NCBI GenBank assembly: GCA_964016885.1
Contig: OZ024742.1
Location: 146,568,001-146,632,000, forward strand
Length of the DNA stretch: 64,000 nt
Direction of reading: 5' to 3'
DNA from: Eledone cirrhosa
Lineage: Eukaryota
Each line of letters starts with the position of its first letter. Within the stretch, counting starts at the first letter, position 1. The position numbers and the translations under genes are program-made. Under the pieces are notes generated by a model. The model did no database searches, had not been told where the DNA came from, and saw only the letters and a list, made by a program, of their open reading frames with translations. This document shows, piece after piece, positions 1-13,760 of the stretch.

Positions 1-210
1 AAATGCACTGGAACAGTCACTCCACCTTGCAGGTAGCCAACTCCACTCTGATAACAGTGAGTAGGGATGTGGTCTAGGACCCAAGAACACCAGAAGTCCC
101 CATGACTACAGGCATGACCACAAACCTATCAGAGAGTAAACAATACTTTGACAGTTTATCCTCTTTGGCCTGGTGTACAGCAAAGCCTAGGCTGGTAGCC
201 AAATACTCCA
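1..210 (-). mobile_element. CRE-like (RLE-endonuclease) non-LTR retrotransposon C-terminal fragment
   Basis: Minus translation AVHQAKEDKLSKYCLLSDRFVVMPVVMGTSGVLGS*TTSLL...E*LFQCI fits the RLE C-terminus pattern K..KY..L...F.P...ETSG..G and resembles 9124-9396. Confidence 0.6.
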
Positions 211-348
211 GAACATAACAGAACATATTATTTTTCATTGTAGTTCAGTGGCTGACATAATTTGCCTTTATCTTTTCTTTGGGTGTGATGAGAGAACAAA
301 ACTTTCTTACTTCCTTTACAAAGACAAAATCGAAACCAATGGGGCCTG

Positions 349-379
<31 letters not shown>

Positions 380-387
<8 letters not shown>

Positions 388-685
388 TACAAATATTAAT
401 AAAATAGATGTTCTTTTGATCAATTACATTTTATTATACATATTTTGGATGTACAACAGTACGTCCTCATCAGACAAAATATAATTTGTCTGATGAGGAC
501 GTACTGTTGTACATATGAAATATGTATAATAAAATGTAATTGATCAAAAGAACATCTATTTTATTAATATTTGTATTTTAATATTAATAACTCTGGGAAA
601 TTATTTTTTCCGTTGAGTGCTTCCAATCTACTGTAAAACTCATTCTTTGACATACTCATTGAATCTTGTTTAACTCTTTAATATA
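380..685. mobile_element. Fold-back Penelope pLTR/retrozyme-like element
   Basis: ~100-bp inverted arms (380-478 / 484-583) starting at the (TA)n tract 349-381; each arm carries a hammerhead-like core. Confidence 0.65.
484..530 (+). ncRNA. Degenerate hammerhead ribozyme
   Basis: CTGATGA (490-496), stem II GGACGTAC-TGTT-GTACAT, GAAA (517-520), GTA; the mirror copy on the minus arm keeps the better stem II (GTACATCC) but has AAAA for GAAA; stem I pairs poorly. Confidence 0.6.
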
Positions 686-990
686 TCATCATCATCATCA
701 CCATCATCATCATCATCGTTTAACGTCCATCTTCCACGCTTGCATGGGTTTGGACGGGAGTTTTCCCACTTGAGGCAAGATTGGTTGTCCTGCTCGTATA
801 GGACTGTCTGGCGGGTTTTCTACGGCTGGATCCCCTTCCTAACACCAACCACATTTACAGTGTGGACTGGGAGGTTTTACCATGTTACCTACACGGCCAC
901 ATTACAGCGTGGACTGTGTGTTTTTTTGTCGTGACACCTACACGTCTGGCGGGTTTTCTACAGCTGGGTGCCCTTCCCAACACCAACCAT
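686..990 (-). mobile_element. SINE fragment with RTE-like 3' tail
   Basis: GGAAGGG(G)ATCCAGCCGTAGAAAA motif, CCCATGCAAGCGTGGAAGATGGACGTTAAA end and (TGA)n tail; very similar copy at 31460-31730. Confidence 0.75.
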
Positions 991-1689
991 ATATATATAT
1001 ATATACACATTTCCACAACTTATATATATATACACAACAGTTTCACAATTTACATAATTACACAAGTTTCACAATTTACATATATACATACCAACAGTTT
1101 CACACTTTGCATATATAGACACAACAATTCAGAATAGCAGTTTCACACCTGATATAAATATACATGTATATATGTGCGTGTGTATAGACAACAGTTTCAC
1201 AATTTAGATATGTACCCTGATATGTTCACAGGAACTAACATTTATACAACATCTTTCTCCCAGCAATTACTGAAAACAATATTATTGTTCAGTTTATAGA
1301 GAATGTATTTGTTGAAGCCAATGTATTTGTTCAGTACTTAACTTTAGTCTGAAGTACAAGTGAATTGCTTCCAATGTTGACATTAGGTAATTGGGTTTAC
1401 TGAAATCTCTTAAAATAAAACTAAAATGTTTCGTGAGGGGGAAATATTCCAAAAGTCTTGATGAAAGCAAAGAACTAACATATATATATATACAGAAACT
1501 TTCAATAATTAAATGCACACATTTCCTCAAATTGCATATACATTTATTCAACTACATACATACAAAACATTTTCTCGACTTTCATACATACACTTTTTCA
1601 AAAATTACAAATATATATAATCTTTGCACAACATGATATAGATACATAACAATTTCTGCAACTTTCATGTATACAAATTTCTGCAATTT

Positions 1690-4600
1690 ATATACACAAC
1701 ATTTCCGCAACATACATATACACATAGCAACATTTCCACAACATACATATACATAAACCAACATTTGGCAACATACATATATACATATAAATATTTTCAT
1801 AACATACATATATACATATAAACATTTTCATAACATACATATATACACAACATATGTATATACACAATATTTCCTTAACATATATGTATACACATCAATA
1901 TTTTCATAACATACATATATACACATCAACATTTCCACAACATACATATATACACATCAACATTTCCACAATATGCATATATACACATCAACATTTTCAT
2001 AATATACATATATACACATCAACATTTCCACAACATACATATATACACTTCAACATTTCCACAACATACATATATACACATCAACATTTCCACAACATAC
2101 ATATATACATATCAACATTTCCACAACATACATATATACACATCAACATTTCCACAACATACATATATACATATCAACATTTCCACAACATACATATATA
2201 CACATCAACATTTCCACAACATACATATATACACATCAACATTTTCATAATATACATATATACACATCAACATTTCCACAACATAAATATATACACATCA
2301 ACATTTTCATAATATACATATATATACTTCATTTTCATAACTTAGACATATACACAACAGCAGTTTTACAACATACATATATACTCATTTCAACAACAAA
2401 TATATATATACACAACATTTCCACAACATACATATATACACATCAACATTTCCACAACTAACATATATACGTATCAACATTTCCACAACATACATATATA
2501 CATATCAACATTTCCACAACATACATATACACACATCAACATTTCCACAACATACATATATACACATCAACATTTCCACAACATACATATATACACATCA
2601 ACATTTCCACAACATACATATATAAACATCAACATTTCCACAACATACATATATACACATCAACATTTCCACAATATACATATATGCACATCAATATTTC
2701 CACAACATACATATATACACATCAACATTTCCACAACATACATATATACACATCAACATTTTCATAATATACATATATACACATCAACATTTCCACAATA
2801 TACATATATACACATCAACATTTCCACAACATAAATATATACACATCAACATTTTCATAATATACATATATATACTTCATTTTCATAACTTAGACATATA
2901 CACAACAGCAGTTTTACAACATACATATATACTCATTTCAACAACAAATATATATATACACAACATTTCCACAACATACATATATACACATCAACATTTC
3001 CACAACTAACATATATACATATCAACATTTCCACAACATACATATATACATTTCAACATTTCCACAACATACATATACACACAGCAACATTTCCACAACA
3101 TACATATATACACATCAACATTTCCACAACATACATATATACACATCAACATTTCCACAACATACATATATAAACATCAACATTTCCACAACATACATAT
3201 ATACACATCAACATTTGCACAATATACATATATGCACATCAATATTTCCACAACATACATATATACACATCAACATTTCCACAACATACATATATACACA
3301 TCAACATTTTCATAATATACATATATACACATCAACATTTCCACAATATACATATATACACATCAACATTTCGACGACATAAATATATACACATCAACAT
3401 TTTCATAATATACATATATATACTTCATTTTCATAACTTAGACATATACACAACAGCAGTTTTACAACATACATATATACTCATTTCAACAACAAATATA
3501 TATATACACAACATTTCCACAACATACATATATACACATCAACATTTCCACAACTAACATATATACATATCAACATTTCCACAACATGCATATATACATA
3601 TCAACATTTCCACAACATACATATACACACATCAACATTTCCACAACATACATATATACACATCAACATTTCCACAACGTACATATATACACATCAACAT
3701 TTCCACAACATACATATATACACATCAACATTTTCATAATATACATATATACACATCAACATTTCCACAATATACATATATACACATCAACATTTCGATA
3801 ATATACATATATGCGCATCATTTCCACAACATACATATATATGCACATCAACATTTCCACAACATACATATATACACATCAACATTTCCACAATATACAT
3901 ATATACACATCAACATTTAGATAATATACATATATGCACATCATTTCCACAACATACATACATATAGACATCAACATTTCCACAATATACATATATACAC
4001 ATCAACATTTCCACAATATACGTATATACACATCAACATTTCCACAACATACATATATACACATCAACATTTCCACAATATACATATATACACATCAACA
4101 TTTCCACAATATACATATATACACATCAACATTTCCACAATATACATATATACACATCAACATTTCCACAATATACATATATACACATCAACATTTCCAT
4201 AATATACATATATGCACATCATTTCCACAACATACATATATGCACATCATTTCCACAACATACATATATATACACGTCAACATTTCCACAATATACTTAT
4301 ATGCACATCAACATTTCCACAACATACATATATACACATCAACATTTCTACAACATACATATATACACATCAACATTTCCACAATATACATATATATACA
4401 TATCAACATTTCCACAATATACATATATGCACATCAATATTTCCACAACATACATATATACACATCAACATTTCCACAATATACATATATGCACATCATT
4501 TTCACAACATACATATATATACACATCAACATTTCCACAACATATATACACATAAACATTTCCACAACATACATATATACACATCAACATTTCCACAATA

Positions 4601-7315
4601 TACATATATACACATCAACATTTCCACAATATACATATATACACATCAACATTTCCACAATATACATATATACACATCAACATTTCCACAACATACATAT
4701 ATACACATCAACATTTCCACAATATACATATATACACATCAACATTTCCATAATATACATATATACACATCAACATTTCCACAACATACATATATACACA
4801 TCAACATTTCCACAATATACATATATACACATCAACATTTCCATAATATACATATATGCACATCATTTCCACAACATACATATATGCACATCATTTTCAC
4901 AACATACATATATATACACATCAACATTTCCACAATATACATATATACACATCAACATTTCCACAACATACATATATACACATCAACATTTCCACAACAT
5001 ACATATATGCACATCATTTCCACAACATACATATATATAGACATCAACATTTCCACAATATACATATATACACATCAATATTTCCACAACATACATATAT
5101 ACACATCAACATTTCCACAATATACATATATACACATCAACATTTCCACAATATACATATATACACATTAACATTTCCACAATATACATATATACACATC
5201 AACATTTCCACAACATACATATATACACATCAACATTTCCACAATATACATATATACACATCAACATTTCCACAATATACATATATACACATCAATATTT
5301 CCACAACATACATATATACACATCAACATTTCCACAATATACATATATACACATCAACATTTCCACAATATACATATATACACATCAACATTTCCACAAT
5401 ATACATATATACACATCAACATTTCCACAACATACATATATACACATCAACATTTCCACAATATACATATATACACATCAACATTTCCATAATATACATA
5501 CATGCACATCATTTCCACAACATACATATATGCACATCATTTCCACAACATACATATATATACACATCAACATTTCCACAATATACTTATATGCACATCA
5601 ACATTTCCACAACATACATATATACACATCAACATTTCCACAACATACATATATACACATCAACATTTCCACAATATACATATATATATACATATCAACA
5701 TTTCCACAATATACATATATGCACATCATTTCCACAACATACATATATATACATATCAACATTTCCACAACATATATACACATAAACATTTGCACAATAT
5801 ACATATATACACATCAACATTTCCACAATATACATATATGCACATCAACATTTCCACAACTAACATATATACATATCAACATTTCCACAACATACATATA
5901 TACATATCAACATTTCCACAACATACATATACACACATCAACATTTCCACAACATACATATATACACATCAACATTTCCACAACTAACATATATACACAT
6001 CAACATTTCCACAACATACATATATACACATCAACATTTCCACAATATACATATATGCACATCAATATTTCCACAGCATACATATATACACATCAACATT
6101 TCCACAACATACATGTATACACATCAACATTTTCATAATATACATATATACACATCAACGTTTCTACAATATACATATATACACATCAACATTTCCACAA
6201 TATACATATATACACATCAACATTTCCATAATATACATATATGCACATCATTTCCACAACATACATATATATATACATATCAACATTTCCACAACATACA
6301 TATATACACATCAACATTTCCACAATATACATATATGCACATCAACATTTCCACAACTAACATATATACATATCAACATTTCCACAACATACATATACAC
6401 ACATCAACATTTCCACAACATACATATATACACATCAACATTTCCACAACTAACATATATACACATCAACATTTCCACAATATACGTATATACACATCAA
6501 CATTTCCACAACATACATATATACACATCAACATTTCCACAATATACATATATACACATCAACATTTCCACAATATACATATATACACATCAACATTTCC
6601 ACAATATACATATATACACATCAACATTTCTACAACATACATATATACACATCAACATTTCCACAATATACATATATACACATCAACATTTCCATAATAT
6701 ACATATATGCACATCATTTCCACAACATACATTTATATACACATCAACATTTCCACAATATACTTATATGCACATCAACATTTCCACAACATACATATAT
6801 ACACATCAACATTTCCACAATATACATATATATACATATCAACATTTCCACAACATACATATATACACATCAACATTTCCACAACATACATATATACACA
6901 TCAACATTTCCACAATATACATATATATACATATCAACATTTCCACAATATACATATATGCACATCAATATTTCCACAACATACATATATACATATCAAT
7001 ATTTCCACAATATACATATATACACATCAACATTTCCACAACATACATATATACACATCAACATTTCCACAACATACATATATACACATCAACATTTCCA
7101 CAATATACATATATATACATATCAACATTTCCACAATATACATATATGCACATCAATATTTCCACAACATACATATATACATATCAATATTTCCACAATA
7201 TACTTATATACACAATATACATTTCCACAATATACACATATACACATCAACATTTCCACAATATACATATACACACATCAACATTTCCACAATACACATA
7301 TATACACATCAACAC
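1690..7315. repeat. 28-bp minisatellite (CACATCAACATTTCCACAACATACATATATA-like) with 548-bp higher-order blocks
   Basis: Visible tandem array; marker TACTTCATTTTCATAACTTAGAC recurs at 2325, 2873 and 3421. Confidence 0.95.
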
Positions 7316-7317
7316 TC

Positions 7318-7628
7318 CATCACGGCTTGGTTTCACAATTGTTGATTATGAAGGGGGTGGTCCACGTTGACTGCAGGCACGCTTGTGGCTGTCCAGGCCA
7401 ATGTGGGACAGGTAGGCACAGCTACAGCAACTACGGCTGAAAGTCTGGTCAGGGTTTGATTACTTGGTGATGTGGTTCTTCCTCCTGTGCCTTTTGTCCT
7501 TGAGGGTGGCCTGCAGGTGTTTTCGAAGAAGACAGCATGGTTGATGGTGAGATGCCAGGCATCATGGTCCTCAGCTAGGGTGGACCACTGGCAGTGGTTG
7601 ATGTGACAGACACCAAGGGACTTTTTTC
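7318..7628 (-). mobile_element. RTE-clade LINE 3' fragment
   Basis: Minus translation KKSLGVCHINHCQWSTLAEDHDAWHLTINHAV...LSHIGLDSHKRACSQRG, typical of the RTE C-terminus with terminal Zn motif. Confidence 0.7.
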
Positions 7629-8044
7629 AAACAGTATTGTTTCCTTTGTACCCACCTGTCACAATAACCAATGGAGAGTTTGCCATACAGTGCGTAAATT
7701 GTTTATAATACAATAATATAAATTCATAATAATATGAATTCATTGAACAAAAATTATAAAGGAAAGAAAAAAAAGAAGGAAAAAAAGGGGGGAGGCAATT
7801 CACCACCAAGTGTGATAATCGGCCGCATTTCACACCTTAGGGGTTAACTGCACACTTTCAGTCAGGCAAGCCAACACGCTTGCACCATTCCCAAGTGTGA
7901 TAGTGAAACTAAGGTGCTGAAATAGCCAGGCACCCTCACAGGCATCACCTGACACCTCAATAAGTTGAGCCACCAGTGAAGACAAGAACTTTGCTGGCAG
8001 TGGCCCAACTCCACTGAACGTCTTGAACCCCAGAGGCTGGAAAA

Positions 8045-8400
8045 AGTGATCCTGTAAATGTTGACATTTCAGGTATATCTAATAATTATTCTTTGCCATG
8101 AAATGTAACAATTATTGCTTGTTTATGAACCTTTTCCATGCTACATAAAATTGGAAATAGCTTGCCATCTTAGTGTAATACTAAAACTTTTCAGTCTGCT
8201 AGATCAAATTTTCATTTAATTTCTACTTGCTTTTGTTTCTTGTTTCTTTGTTGATATTGTAACAAAGTACGATTAACATTTAAGCTTTTATTATAACATT
8301 TGAAAGCTTCTGCTGCAGTCATTAAAAGATCAAGTGCAATTCAGTCGCTGATTTTGTATCTATCTAATGCTTCAGACAGACGTGGAATAAAAACATCTTG
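8045..8400 (-). mobile_element. DNA transposase relic (hAT/hATm-like)
   Basis: Minus translation LSEALDRYKISD*IALDLL...NVNRTLL...VLVLH*DGKLFP...KE*LLDIPE fits the LDR..ISDR / HWDGKLL / EQLLG.P pattern; many stops. Confidence 0.55.
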
Positions 8401-8517
8401 TGTACTTCAGATACCAAAAGTTCTTGGTTCACAATCTCTCATTGTATCACTTGAGCCAGATCATTAGAATGCTGGCTGGCTTCTTCATCTTCCCTATTAC
8501 TGCTTGACAATAATGGT

Positions 8518-8671
8518 TTCTGATTTAGGCACAAGGCTAACAATTATTGGGAGAGGAAAATTGATTAAATCTACCCTAGTACATTACTGGTACTTTATTT
8601 TATTGATCCAATAAGGATGAAAGGCAAAGCTAACCTCGGCGGTATTTTAACTCAGAAGGTAAAGGGCCATA
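8518..8671 (-). mobile_element. tRNA-derived SINE with Nin/Deu-like domain, 5'-truncated
   Basis: GCCGAGGTTAGCTTTGCCTTTCATCCTT...AAAATAAAGTACCAG on minus strand; flanked by direct repeat ACTGCTTGACAATAATGGT (TSD). Confidence 0.8.
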
Positions 8672-8699
8672 ACTGCTTGACAATAATGGTCTCCCTTCA

Positions 8700-9396
8700 G
8701 GTGGATCGAGTTTGGCTTAACCAACACCGCCTGTCCTCTCTCTGATTCGATTTGCAGCCAAACAGTGGTGTGTGGCTCAATTTGGTGCCCTCCTCATCAC
8801 CAGTACCCTTCTTGATGACGAGTGTACTCCCATTAGATTGGCCTAAAGTCTTGGCCTCCACGTGTGAGAGCCACACAAATGCTGATGTGGGGCTGTCTTT
8901 GATGAGTTTGGCCTGCACCCACAATCATGTTAGCAGAACATAGGCCAGTTCCCTCGATATGCTGCTCTCAATGACATTGAGAAGGAGACTGGATGCAGCC
9001 AGATTTCCATCACAACTGGAACCAGCAGGCCTTGACTGCTGAGACGGCAAGCACTCTGACTGAATTACCATCTTCCTATTTAAAGGAGGTAAATCCCTCA
9101 TTTGGGACACAGCATGCTGTGATATGCTCTCCATCTCCAACTTAGCTGTTTCGGCCCGCAATGCAGAGGAGAGGAAGACAAACAAATACCAGGGATTGTC
9201 TGGCCATTTCCTCTTTTCACCAGTCACTGTCGAGACCTCAGCCATCTTCACATCCCGTACAGACGAGCTCCTCCGTGAAATCGGGACATCAGCAGCCCAT
9301 CTGAGGAAGGAGCCCCATGAGGTGGTGTGGCTATTGCAGCTGGTGTCACTAGCCATTGTCCGCGGAGTGCAGCCGAAATACTGCCCTGCCCTCTGA
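8700..9396 (+). mobile_element. CRE-like RLE LINE 3' fragment (pseudogenised)
   Basis: SGVWLNLVP, HKC*CGAVFDEFGLHPQSC (CCHC-like), LEPAGLDC*DGKHSD*ITIF..KGGKSLIWDTACCD, ERKTNKYQGL..F.FSPVTVETS, VSLAIVRG. Confidence 0.8.
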
Positions 9397-9633
9397 CCTA
9401 TGCACAATTGCACAGTCTATCACTCTCTCCTACAGTTTGCAGTGTGGACTGAGTTCTTTTTGTCGTGACACCTACACAACTACATTACAGTTTTCGCAGG
9501 GCACTTTTTGTCATGTTGCCATCACGACCACTTTACAATATGGGCTGGGGTTATTTTTGTTGTGTCACCATCTCAACCACTTTACAGTGTCAGCTGGGGG
9601 CTTCACTGGATGTATACTTCAGCTTGTCCTCAC

Positions 9634-9662
<29 letters not shown>

Positions 9663-9665
<3 letters not shown>

Positions 9666-10376
9666 GAAAAACGTAAAATAAGGAAATTATAGTAATTAGC
9701 TTACTTACTTAAATTTCACTCCAACTAGTTTCTGAAAGGGAATATACATGTAGAACATGGAGAAACCTTTTCGTCATCAGGGAGTCATTCTCAGCTAAGT
9801 ATATATATGTTGGTAGCTCTGTATATATATGTTGGTAGGTATACTAATTCTTTATAATTATCTCCAAATTATTTTGTTGAGCAAAAATTTGCCAAAATTA
9901 CTACTATAGTTCATAGTAACAGCTTGGCTACTGTCTTTTTAACACCCCACTCCTCACTGATTAACCTCGATGTCACGTGATTGATTCTTTTGAATTTGCC
10001 ACTGAACAAGAAGGCAGTGATTTTTTCAGTGTCCTGGAATTTAGTCCCCGCTTGCTCTCTTCCATCCACTGAATATATTTTTGTATAAGTTCCCTGTGTC
10101 CACGCATTGCCAGGTATCTTAGCTGAGAATGACTCCCTAATGACGAAAAGGTTTCTCCATGTTCTACATGTATATTCCCTTTCAGAAACTAATTAGTTGG
10201 AGTGAAATTTAAATAAGTAAACTAATTACTATAATTTTCTTATTTTACATTTTTCATATAATTGTTCTGCATCCCCTTGCATTGAACCACAACGTTACAA
10301 AGACAAAACCTATATATTTGCTTGCATAGCTATACATCTGTATATATATGTTGGTAGATATACTAATTCTTTATAT
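9663..10376. mobile_element. ORF-less pLTR/retrozyme-like element: inverted partial copy plus terminally redundant monomer
   Basis: 9663-9799 is the reverse complement of 10118-10260; ~38-bp direct repeat TCTGTATATATATGTTGGTAG.TATACTAATTCTTTATA at ~9819 and ~10337; TA tracts on both sides. Confidence 0.7.
9718..9785 (-). ncRNA. Type I hammerhead ribozyme with minimal stem III
   Basis: Reverse complement ACTCC-CTGATGA-CGAAAAGG...CCTTTCA-GAAAC-TA-GTT-GGAGT: perfect 5-bp stem I and intact core; plus copy 10132-10203 has CTAATGA. Confidence 0.75.
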
Positions 10377-10618
10377 ATATATATATAGACAACAGTTTCA
10401 CAATTTAGATATATACTCTGATATGTTCACAGGAACTAACATTTATACATCATTCTCCCAGAAATTACTGAAAACAATATTATTGTTCAGTTTATAGAGA
10501 ATGTATTTGTTGAAGCCAGTGTATTTGTTCAGTACTTAACTTTAGTCTAAAGTACAAGTGAATTGCTTCCAATGTTGACATTTGTTAATTGGGTTTACTG
10601 AAATCTCTTAAAATAAAA

Positions 10619-10757
10619 CTAAAATGTTCTGGCTGGTGAAGGAGCAGGGAAATCTTCTGAAAGTCTTGAAGATGAAGAAAACTTTGAGGATTTGTTTTCA
10701 AGACAAGACAATGGCTTCCATTTGTAATAATTTGAGTGGAAACTCTTCCTATCTACA
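10619..10757 (-). CDS. Candidate terminal coding exon of an unknown host gene
   Basis: TTTTGTTCAG acceptor followed by open frame VDRKSFHSNYYKWKPLSCLENKSSKFSSSSRLSEDFPAPSPARTF*; no recognised homology. Confidence 0.25.
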
Positions 10758-11099
10758 CTGAACAAAACTAATGTGGTCAATTATATAAATGTTGCAACTT
10801 CCAACATATGATGTTGTGTCTTATTGGTGTTGTTATTGTTCTAGTCCCTTCTGAAAATATTGCTTTAGTCTTGGAGAAACAACCATTAGAAGCAATTAGA
10901 ATGCTCTCTACAACACACACACACACACGTACACACCCGTGCGTGCACACACTCATACACACACACATCACACACATATGATGATGATTAGATGGTACAG
11001 GACAAGTGCGCAAGCTCTGATAATGGAATTTTCCACCTTAACTGGAAAAAACTTTTGAAACATATGAAAGGTGTATGATTAATTACCATGTGTTAAAGC

Positions 11100-11179
<80 letters not shown>

Positions 11180-11427
11180 TATATATATATAATAAGTTGA
11201 CGGAACTAACATGAGTTTCACTGGTAGTACCGGTTGTATCTCAGTGTACTCAATAGGTAATGTTAAATAAACTCCCAGAGTAGACACATAGTTATTCACT
11301 TCAACACAATGCATGTAAATGGATACCTTCAGTCTTTACCTATACTATATTTGTGTGTGCGTGTATATTAATACGCCACCCCTATGACTCCCTCGGGAGT
11401 TACGGGACCATGTATGCATATATGTGT

Positions 11428-11491
<64 letters not shown>

Positions 11492-11519
11492 GTCAGAGAG
11501 AGAGACAGAGAATATGTTT

Positions 11520-11780
11520 GAAGGCACATGGCTTAGGAGTTAATGCATTTGGCTTATGATAAGGTCATGAGTTTGGTTCCCAGTGGCACATTGTGTTCTT
11601 GAGCAAGACAATTTATTTCATATTCCTTCATTACACTCAGCAAAAATGAGTTGCAATTCAGAGTGCTAACTTTGTCACATCCTGTGTCACACTGAATCTC
11701 CCTGAGAACTACATTAAAAGTACACATCTTTGTGGAATGCTCAGATAATTGCATGTTAATCAAATCAACTGAAAACTTGT
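11520..11780 (+). mobile_element. Old tRNA-derived SINE (CORE-like body)
   Basis: GAAGGCACATGGCTTAG head and TGTGTTCTTGAGCAAGACA core; related degenerate copies at ~15150-15360, ~30510-30770(-), ~41575-41840 and ~52440-52620. Confidence 0.6.
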
Positions 11781-11899
11781 CATAAGAACTAATGAGATCC
11801 AAAACAAAATGTATACCTCTGGCATCATGCAGTAATACATAAGACCCGACCCCCACGGGTACAAGCTGAAGCTGAAGCATATAGACAATATGCCCCCAC

Positions 11900-12130
11900 C
11901 CCCTCCCACTGCAAAGTGGTCGTGGAGGTGCCACGGAAAAAAAAGCACCCAGCACTCCCCGTAAATGAGGTTGGTGTTAGGAAGGGCATCCAGCTGTAGA
12001 AATCAAGCCAGAATCAGTTCCCATATGAGCAAGACATGGTCAGCCAACTGGCTACTGCCCACAACAGGACAACCCGTCTAACCCATGCTGGCGTGGAAGA
12101 ACAGACATAAAACGGTGATGATGAGGATGA
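11900..12130 (+). mobile_element. SINE 3' part with RTE-like tail
   Basis: GGTGTTAGGAAGGGCATCCAGCTGTAGAAATCAAGCCAGAATCAG...CCCATGCTGGCGTGGAAGAACAGACATAAAACGGTGATGATG; same family at 32105-32298. Confidence 0.75.
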
Positions 12131-12566
12131 TAACCCTGCCTTCCACACCCCTGATACTCTTTACCTGCATGGGAAATTGGACACTCCATCCTGCTGTCCC
12201 ACAGTGCTGATGCCATGACAAAAAAGCACCCAGTCCACCCTATAAAGTGGTTGTTCTGGTGCCACAACAAAATAGCACCCTGTTCACTCTGTAAAGTGGC
12301 TGTACTGGTGACATGAGAAAAACCACCATGTTCACCATGTAAAGTGTTTGTATTAAATTAAACGCTCAATCCACCTTGCTAGGTGGTCATTCTGGGGCCC
12401 TGATGAAAAACACCAAGTCCATCCTGTAAATTGGTAGTGGTAGTAAGCTTGCATTACCTGCTATAATGTAGTTGGCATTAGGAAGGACATCCAGCCATTG
12501 AAAATTGTTAAAAATAACTATCGTTTTCATTAAGCTGAAGTAGCAGTACCATTAGAGTATCAAATA

Positions 12567-12750
12567 TAATTGTTTCTATTTTAGGCACAAGGCCAGCAAT
12601 TACCCAGTACATTACTGGTACTTTATTTTATCGATCCCGTAAGGATGAAAGGCAAAGTTAACCTCGGCGGGATTTGAACTCAGATCATAAAGGGACGTAA
12701 CTTCAAAGCATGGTGTCCGACTCTCTACCGATACTGCCAATCCACCGCCC
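12567..12750 (-). mobile_element. Full-length tRNA-derived Nin/Deu-like SINE
   Basis: A-box-like TGGCAGTATCGG, B-box GAGTTCAAATCC; 18-bp TSD TAGAGTATCAAATATAAT at 12553 and 12751. Confidence 0.9.
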
Positions 12751-13112
12751 TAGAGTATCAAATATAATGCTTTAATGTATTTGTCCAGGCTCTTTACGTT
12801 CTGAATTCAAATCGTCCCAATGTCAAATTTGTCTTTCATCCTTCCAGGATTTATAAAACGAAGTGCCCATCATATACTAAGGTTAATATTATTGAGTTTT
12901 CCATTCTCTCAAAATGTTGCCCTTGTGCCAAAATAAAAAACTATTAATTAGCTGTCGGAAGATTTGAATATAAATATGAACACTTTAAAACAAACAGGTT
13001 GGTATCCAAAGGGTTAAGTATGATAGCCTGCTTGCAGAAAGCAGCCATGGAAAGCTTTCCAATATCGATGATAATTAATTAAATAGAGGAATTTGATAAA
13101 TGACTGCATTAA

Positions 13113-13361
13113 CATTTTTGATTCAAAACTGCTTGAAACTGCCACTGGTTTAATGATACTAACCTATGTGTTTTAAAATGGTTGTATTTATCTAAAAGCC
13201 TTTTGTCATAATTTTATGTAAGAACCTTTATTAAACTATATAGTGTCAGCTTAATAAAGAGATTATTTGTATTACTCAATCCCTCCAAATTCTTGATTAT
13301 TTTCTAAATTATTTGAAAACCCTAGGCTGTGTCTTTCATTAGAAATATGGTAACAAAAGGG
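13113..13361. mobile_element. piggyBac-like MITE (degenerate)
   Basis: TTAA...AAAGGG-TTAA ends; internally similar to 14770-15005. Confidence 0.5.
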
Positions 13362-13760
13362 TTAATAAATGGATGAGCCATATTTATAAACTGGTAGAAT
13401 AGGTTGAAGTTGCAAAGGCCAGGCATTAGTTCCATGATGAAGATACAATAGAATAGAGTTGAATTTCTATGAAAGGATGTTCAGTGAGGTGATTGATTCT
13501 TAGAGCTAAGAAGTTGAAGTCAGAGAATAAGTTGTTTGGTGTGATGTTTGACTACATCAATCAAAGTAGACAGCTGGAGATCAACAGGAAGGGCAGTGCA
13601 GTATCTTGATGTTTAGAAGTAGCTTCCTATGCATCTATCTGTTCTGTTGTATGAAACTGATATTATGTTCACTGTACAGAGATGATAACATTAATATTAA
13701 GAAATAGTTTAAAATGAGAGAAATTGTATTCACCATCAGAATATTAAATGTTATTCTCAG

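Noticed and set aside
1854-7440. Long His/Ile/Tyr/Thr-rich ORFs
   Set aside because: Overlapping frames of a nearly G-free 28-bp minisatellite; stops are scarce by composition
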